From Promethearchaeia archaeon (GTDB lineage Archaea; Asgardarchaeota; Lokiarchaeia; Sigyniarchaeales; SOKP01), in the NCBI GenBank assembly GCA_029856125.1, contig JAHQWJ010000139.1, positions 19,037 through 83,036 of the forward strand: a stretch of DNA of 64,000 nt. The letters are read 5' to 3'. The position numbers and the translations under genes are program-made. Below the pieces are notes generated by a model. It was not told the origin of the DNA and searched no databases. It saw only the letters and a program-made list of their open reading frames with translations. Below are positions 59,891 to 64,000 of this stretch, one piece after another (the first letter of the stretch is position 1; each line of letters begins with the position of its first letter).

Positions 59891-60583
59891 CTATGATAAC
59901 GAAAAATCTACAGCTGCTCTTAAATGAATTTTTAAAGTATCAAAAAGAGGAACTCTTACGTCTTGATGTTTTATTAAGATAGGGAGTTCAGTACATCCAA
60001 GAATTATCCCTTTTGCTCCATTTCTTATTAAGCTTTCAATTATCTCTAAGAACTTTTTCTTAGTTGATTCAAGGAATTTTCCATTGGCAAACTCTTGGTA
60101 AATCGCCTTATGGATGTAATCCCTTTCGATTTTATGAGGGATTATTGCATTTATTTCATACTTTTTCGTTAGTTTTTCAACATAAAAAGCACTTTCCATC
60201 GTAAATTTTGTGCCTAATAAGCCCACACTCTTAATATTCATAGATCTTATAGCCCTAGCGGTCTCATCTACCACATTTATGAGGGGAATTGAAATTTCTG
60301 CTTCAATTTCAGTAGCAATCTTATGCATTGTGTTAGAGCAGATAACGATTGCTTTACTTCCAGCTAATTCAAGTTTCTTACATATTATAATCATTAATTT
60401 TAAGAGTTGATTCCAGTTATCTTGGTTTTGTAACTGAAGAACTTCTTTAAAATTGACAGAATATAGTAGAATCTCTGCTGAATACCAATCCCCTAGCCTA
60501 TTTTTTACCATTTCATTAATAATACGATAGTAATCTATTGTATTCTCCCAACTCATACCCCCAATTAAACCTATTAACTTCAA
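59891..60583 (-). CDS. Aspartate/glutamate racemase family
   Basis: IGLIGGMSWE, CSNTMH, GLLGTKFTM, ILGCTELP. Confidence 0.92.
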   Translation of the reverse strand: MKLIGLIGGMSWENTIDYYRIINEMVKNRLGDWYSAEILLYSVNFKEVLQLQNQDNWNQLLKLMIIICKKLELAGSKAIVICSNTMHKIATEIEAEISIPLINVVDETARAIRSMNIKSVGLLGTKFTMESAFYVEKLTKKYEINAIIPHKIERDYIHKAIYQEFANGKFLESTKKKFLEIIESLIRNGAKGIILGCTELPILIKHQDVRVPLFDTLKIHLRAAVDFSLS

Positions 60584-60643
60584 AATTATCAATTCAAATT
60601 TTCAATTTAAATTTATAAAAAAAAAAAAATTAAAGGATTTAAA

Positions 60644-61456
60644 TTATGCTGGTTGTAATACTCCTGCAAATACTAACCATGCTAGAAGAGTTTTAGACCA
60701 CAAACTGAGTAGAATATATCCTCTTTCTCCATGCAAATAATCCTTCCATTTCCCAACTTTTTTATATTGAAGGATCATATTAATCGGGAAAGTATTGAAG
60801 AATAATATGTAAGATCCAAAAATCGCCCATACAAACCACGGAATCTCGGTAATATTACCGTTGCCAAATAGATATAGAAGAATTATTACCCATGGAATAA
60901 GACCTGCAAATGTTCCTATGTAAAATGCGGTCCATTTCGTTTTCTCAGTCGTTTGGTTATGAAGTTCCATCATCAAACCTAAAAGATTCATCGTAGCGTT
61001 GATACAGAAAATTAAAATTAAAGTGGAAAGATCGTAGACTCCGAAAAACCACGCAATTAAAACTATCATCAAGGAGGAACTTAAGGCGTATTCAAACCAT
61101 CTAAAGTAGTTAATTCTCTCTCCCAATTTTCTGTTATAGAAGTTGTTGACTTTGGGTAATACGATTAATAAATGAGCGATCGCTGAGAGAAGTAAAAACA
61201 TAGCAACCAGAGGACCAATAGGGACCGTCGTTAATTGAGTGTAATTAGGCACCAACCTTGGAGGTATTAAGAGATCGTTGTAATACAAGTAAGATGTAGT
61301 AATCGGTAGCTCAAAATCCCTTATTTGAGGTATTGTATAAGACATAATTATCATTATACTGGCTTGGATTAAGTGTAAAAATCCCATAATCAAGTTGAAT
61401 CGTCTTAAATAAGAGAAAGTTATTTTAGATTCTTTTTTTTCGTTCATATATTTCAC
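60644..61456 (-). CDS. heR: Heliorhodopsin
   Basis: 7 TM; LH.IQ, AIAH, N.FRWFEYALSSSLM, GERGYILLSLWSKTLLAW (SxxxK retinal Lys). Confidence 0.93.
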   Translation of the reverse strand: MKYMNEKKESKITFSYLRRFNLIMGFLHLIQASIMIIMSYTIPQIRDFELPITTSYLYYNDLLIPPRLVPNYTQLTTVPIGPLVAMFLLLSAIAHLLIVLPKVNNFYNRKLGERINYFRWFEYALSSSLMIVLIAWFFGVYDLSTLILIFCINATMNLLGLMMELHNQTTEKTKWTAFYIGTFAGLIPWVIILLYLFGNGNITEIPWFVWAIFGSYILFFNTFPINMILQYKKVGKWKDYLHGERGYILLSLWSKTLLAWLVFAGVLQPA

Positions 61457-61674
61457 ATTTTTGTAAATTTTATTAGTTTTATATTTTTTTTACATAATAA
61501 AAAACTTCTTTAAATAATCTATAAAACTCTGCTTTATATTCAGAAAAAGTAAGAAACCGTCAGAGTGCCTTATTAACCATTATATTCCAATCTTTTTTAA
61601 TTCAATTCCTCACATTACCCACTGGTGTAATTTTCCAAATTTTTTAATCTTACCACAAATTTAGAACAATAATT

Positions 61675-61788
61675 ATGACAGATTTATTGTACAAAAAATG
61701 CGTTCCCTGTGAAGGCGGTATTCCACCTCTTTCTTCTTCAGAAAAATTTTTCAAGACCATGCTACCTGATAAGATAAATATCTCTTAA
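61675..61788 (+). pseudogene. phhB: N-terminal remnant of pterin-4a-carbinolamine dehydratase
   Basis: MTDLLYKKCVPCEGGIPPLS..., then unrelated sequence and a stop after 37 aa; catalytic HHP region absent. Confidence 0.6.
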
Positions 61789-61894
61789 ATTAAGCATTTT
61801 GATTATAGTTTAAAGTATTAATGAATAAAATGAAAAGAATTGATTGATTATTGGTCTATAGTATTTTTTTATTGAAATAATCTAATTCTATATT

Positions 61895-62515
61895 ATGTTA
61901 TCAAAAAATTCAATTATAAAGTTAGATAAAACTCAAATCAAAACAGCAGGTGAAGTTTTGGGTCGCGCTTTACAGGATGATCCTGTTTCTGTTTATGATG
62001 TTCCTGACAAAGAGAAAAGGCACGCAGTAATGAAACATGTTTTTCAAATGACAAGCTGTTTGGGCGTTAAATACGGCGAGACACATACGACATCCCTCAA
62101 TTTTGAAGGCATAGCTGTATGGTTACCATATATTAATAAAAAATATAAGTTAATTGTCAACATAGGATGCTTGCTTAAAGCAAAAGTCTATAAAATGGGA
62201 CGTGAAGCTTCTAAGCGGATTAAACCTATTGAAGAACATAGCACTATCGTGCATCGGGAGTTTGCTCCTGGCGATCACTGGTACCTGCAAACGCTTGGTG
62301 TAGAACCCGCTCATCAAGGGAAAGGATATGGAAGTCTGCTGATGGAATATATGCTTGAAAAAATTGATAATAATCATCCTCTACCCGTATTTCTTGAAAC
62401 TTCTACCGAAATAAATGTGAAATTTTATAAACGGTTTGGATTTGAGGTAATGAAGGAAGGGATCATACCCGAAACTGATGTAGATCAGTGGTATCTCCTC
62501 CGTAGTGCCAAGTAA
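61895..62515 (+). CDS. GNAT N-acetyltransferase (paralog of 29217..29834)
   Basis: WYLQTLGVEPAHQGKGYGS, FLETS, FYKRFGFE. Confidence 0.9.
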   Translation: MLSKNSIIKLDKTQIKTAGEVLGRALQDDPVSVYDVPDKEKRHAVMKHVFQMTSCLGVKYGETHTTSLNFEGIAVWLPYINKKYKLIVNIGCLLKAKVYKMGREASKRIKPIEEHSTIVHREFAPGDHWYLQTLGVEPAHQGKGYGSLLMEYMLEKIDNNHPLPVFLETSTEINVKFYKRFGFEVMKEGIIPETDVDQWYLLRSAK

Positions 62516-62642
62516 TTCAATATTATTGCACTTAATATCGTAAAAGTTTTATACAAAATTGTCTTAAATCACTTAACGAAATCTAACTAAAATTATCAAA
62601 TTCGTAATTTTATCCGATAAATAAGAAAAGGAGGTAGAACTA

Positions 62643-62942
62643 ATGGCTTATATTGTTATCACGGGAAGTTTCCCAGCTCATGTTGGAATGGAAGTTGGAA
62701 AAACTTTTTTAAAACTTGAAAAATTACCTGATTATATAAAAACCGAACACGTATTTAACTCTGCGGCGGGTGATTATATTTTTTTCACGATTTATAAGAT
62801 TGAAGACGATAGTAAATACTTCGACGCTTTAAAAGCAATCACTAAAAGATTCTCTGGATATATGAACATAGTGGGCTACAAATATACTGTCCATCCCGTT
62901 TTAGAAGCGAAAGACGCCTTGAGTATGGTTGGTCTAGGTTAG
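62643..62942 (+). CDS. Small alpha/beta protein of a Loki-expanded family (copy 3 of 3)
   Basis: MAYIVIT..FP....EVGKTF...Y..I.GYKY...DALSMVGL; GGAGGT SD. Confidence 0.75.
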   Translation: MAYIVITGSFPAHVGMEVGKTFLKLEKLPDYIKTEHVFNSAAGDYIFFTIYKIEDDSKYFDALKAITKRFSGYMNIVGYKYTVHPVLEAKDALSMVGLG

Positions 62943-63017
62943 AGTTCAAAATAATACTATTTCTCTCTAAGATATGCGTGTACGAAAAATAAATATATAA
63001 AAAAATAAAAAATTAAT

Positions 63018-63530
63018 TTACCATTTTTTTCTTAAATCTTTTTTCATTAGTTTTCTCACGTGGTCAACCGCCCATATCACAAACTTATTACAGGTTGTTT
63101 CCCAGGTGTTATTCTGCTGATATCCCATAAAAGCAGCAGGATCACTAAAATCATATCCACACAACCCAGAACATACAACGGTGCCAAACTCTTTTTCGAA
63201 ATCCGTCGCAAATTTTGCCGCTTTCAAATAGGCAACCGGAATTGATGCGTCTGGCATCCTTTCTTTTCCTCCTAAAATCACTCCTGTCGCAGCACAACCT
63301 CCGCAGACAGCTCCACAGGCACCCTGCCACCCTTTCTCAGATTTATAACCTCCAAGTCCACCAGCTAAAGGAATCATAAGGTTATTAATAATACCATTCT
63401 TGATTCCTAGCACATCTAAAATACTTGTCAATGTCAATTCAGCACAATTCACGCCAACTGTCATCTTAGGCAGCTTCTCTTCTAACTCCTTAATCTTCTC
63501 GTCAAATTTCGCATTTATATCTTGTTCCAT
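63018..63530 (-). CDS. C_GCAxxG_C_C family redox protein
   Basis: NCAE, GG.GG, CGAVCGG, FG.V.C..L, terminal C. Confidence 0.85.
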   Translation of the reverse strand: MEQDINAKFDEKIKELEEKLPKMTVGVNCAELTLTSILDVLGIKNGIINNLMIPLAGGLGGYKSEKGWQGACGAVCGGCAATGVILGGKERMPDASIPVAYLKAAKFATDFEKEFGTVVCSGLCGYDFSDPAAFMGYQQNNTWETTCNKFVIWAVDHVRKLMKKDLRKKW

Positions 63531-63717
63531 AATCTCACCAACTCTCTATTAATTATAGTATAAGTATTGTTTGTTATATTGAACTTTTAAATCTTCACCT
63601 TTTTGTAAAAATCATTTACATACCGCTATCAATGTGATAAAAAAGTCAGAAGTGAAGATATAAAAGTGTAAAATAGGACTTTTATGTAGGAGAAGAGAAT
63701 ATAAATAGGGGTAAATT

Positions 63718-64000
63718 GTGAGTATAAGTAAGGATCTTTTTTATGAAGCTAAGAGTTTCTATCAAGAAAAGAATTATGAAAGAGCCTTGAGGCTTTATAA
63801 GGAACTTTCTAGATCGCATCCTACCGATTACAGAGTATGGAATAATCTCGGATTATGCCATGCAAGATTAAAGGATTATAAGAAGGCTATCGTTGCTTTT
63901 GAAAAAGCCGTTGAAGTTAACGAGAAGAAAGAACTCATTTGGAGTAATTTAGGTAAAGCTTATTATCATAATGGTGAATCTACTAAAGTAATCAAGACAT
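63718..64000 (+). CDS. TPR-repeat protein (3' truncated by window; not in ORF track)
   Basis: GTG start; ...YERALRLY...VWNNLGLCHARLKDYKKAIVAFEKAVEVN...IWSNLGKAYY. Confidence 0.85.
   Translation, partial: MSISKDLFYEAKSFYQEKNYERALRLYKELSRSHPTDYRVWNNLGLCHARLKDYKKAIVAFEKAVEVNEKKELIWSNLGKAYYHNGESTKVIKT

Noticed and set aside
92-63245. Numerous short antisense or overlapping ORFs (e.g. 92..289, 9661..9927, 21818..22222, 33234..33548, 40107..40415, 52313..52627, 53181..53444)
   Set aside because: They are shadows of well-supported genes, with no SD or motifs.

Overview
AT-rich, gene-dense chromosomal window from an Asgard archaeon, most likely Lokiarchaeia/Promethearchaeota. The assignment rests on archaeal TATA/SD signals, three Rab-like small GTPases, a gelsolin-domain protein, longin-like domains, a RING protein, a Loki-CTERM-type (IPGY-TM-basic) surface protein and a heliorhodopsin. 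Most of it is a mosaic of mostly monocistronic metabolic, redox and transport genes (IorAB, acyl-CoA ligase, SDRs, GNATs, MFS, ZIP, Fe-S proteins, S1P-lyase-like enzyme, Staygreen). It also carries four DNA methyltransferases with no visible restriction partner (two next to DNA glycosylases), one solo IS200/IS605 tnpB with a rearranged RuvC site and a right-end hairpin, and a ~660-aa protein with ~42 tandem (EP)n-VYEPT repeats. Several things are absent from the ORF track: two genes that appear to start at ATT/ATC, small Cys-motif ORFs, gene remnants and operator-like palindromes. I saw no rRNA, tRNA or CRISPR array. All family assignments come from motif recognition by eye; no database search was run.
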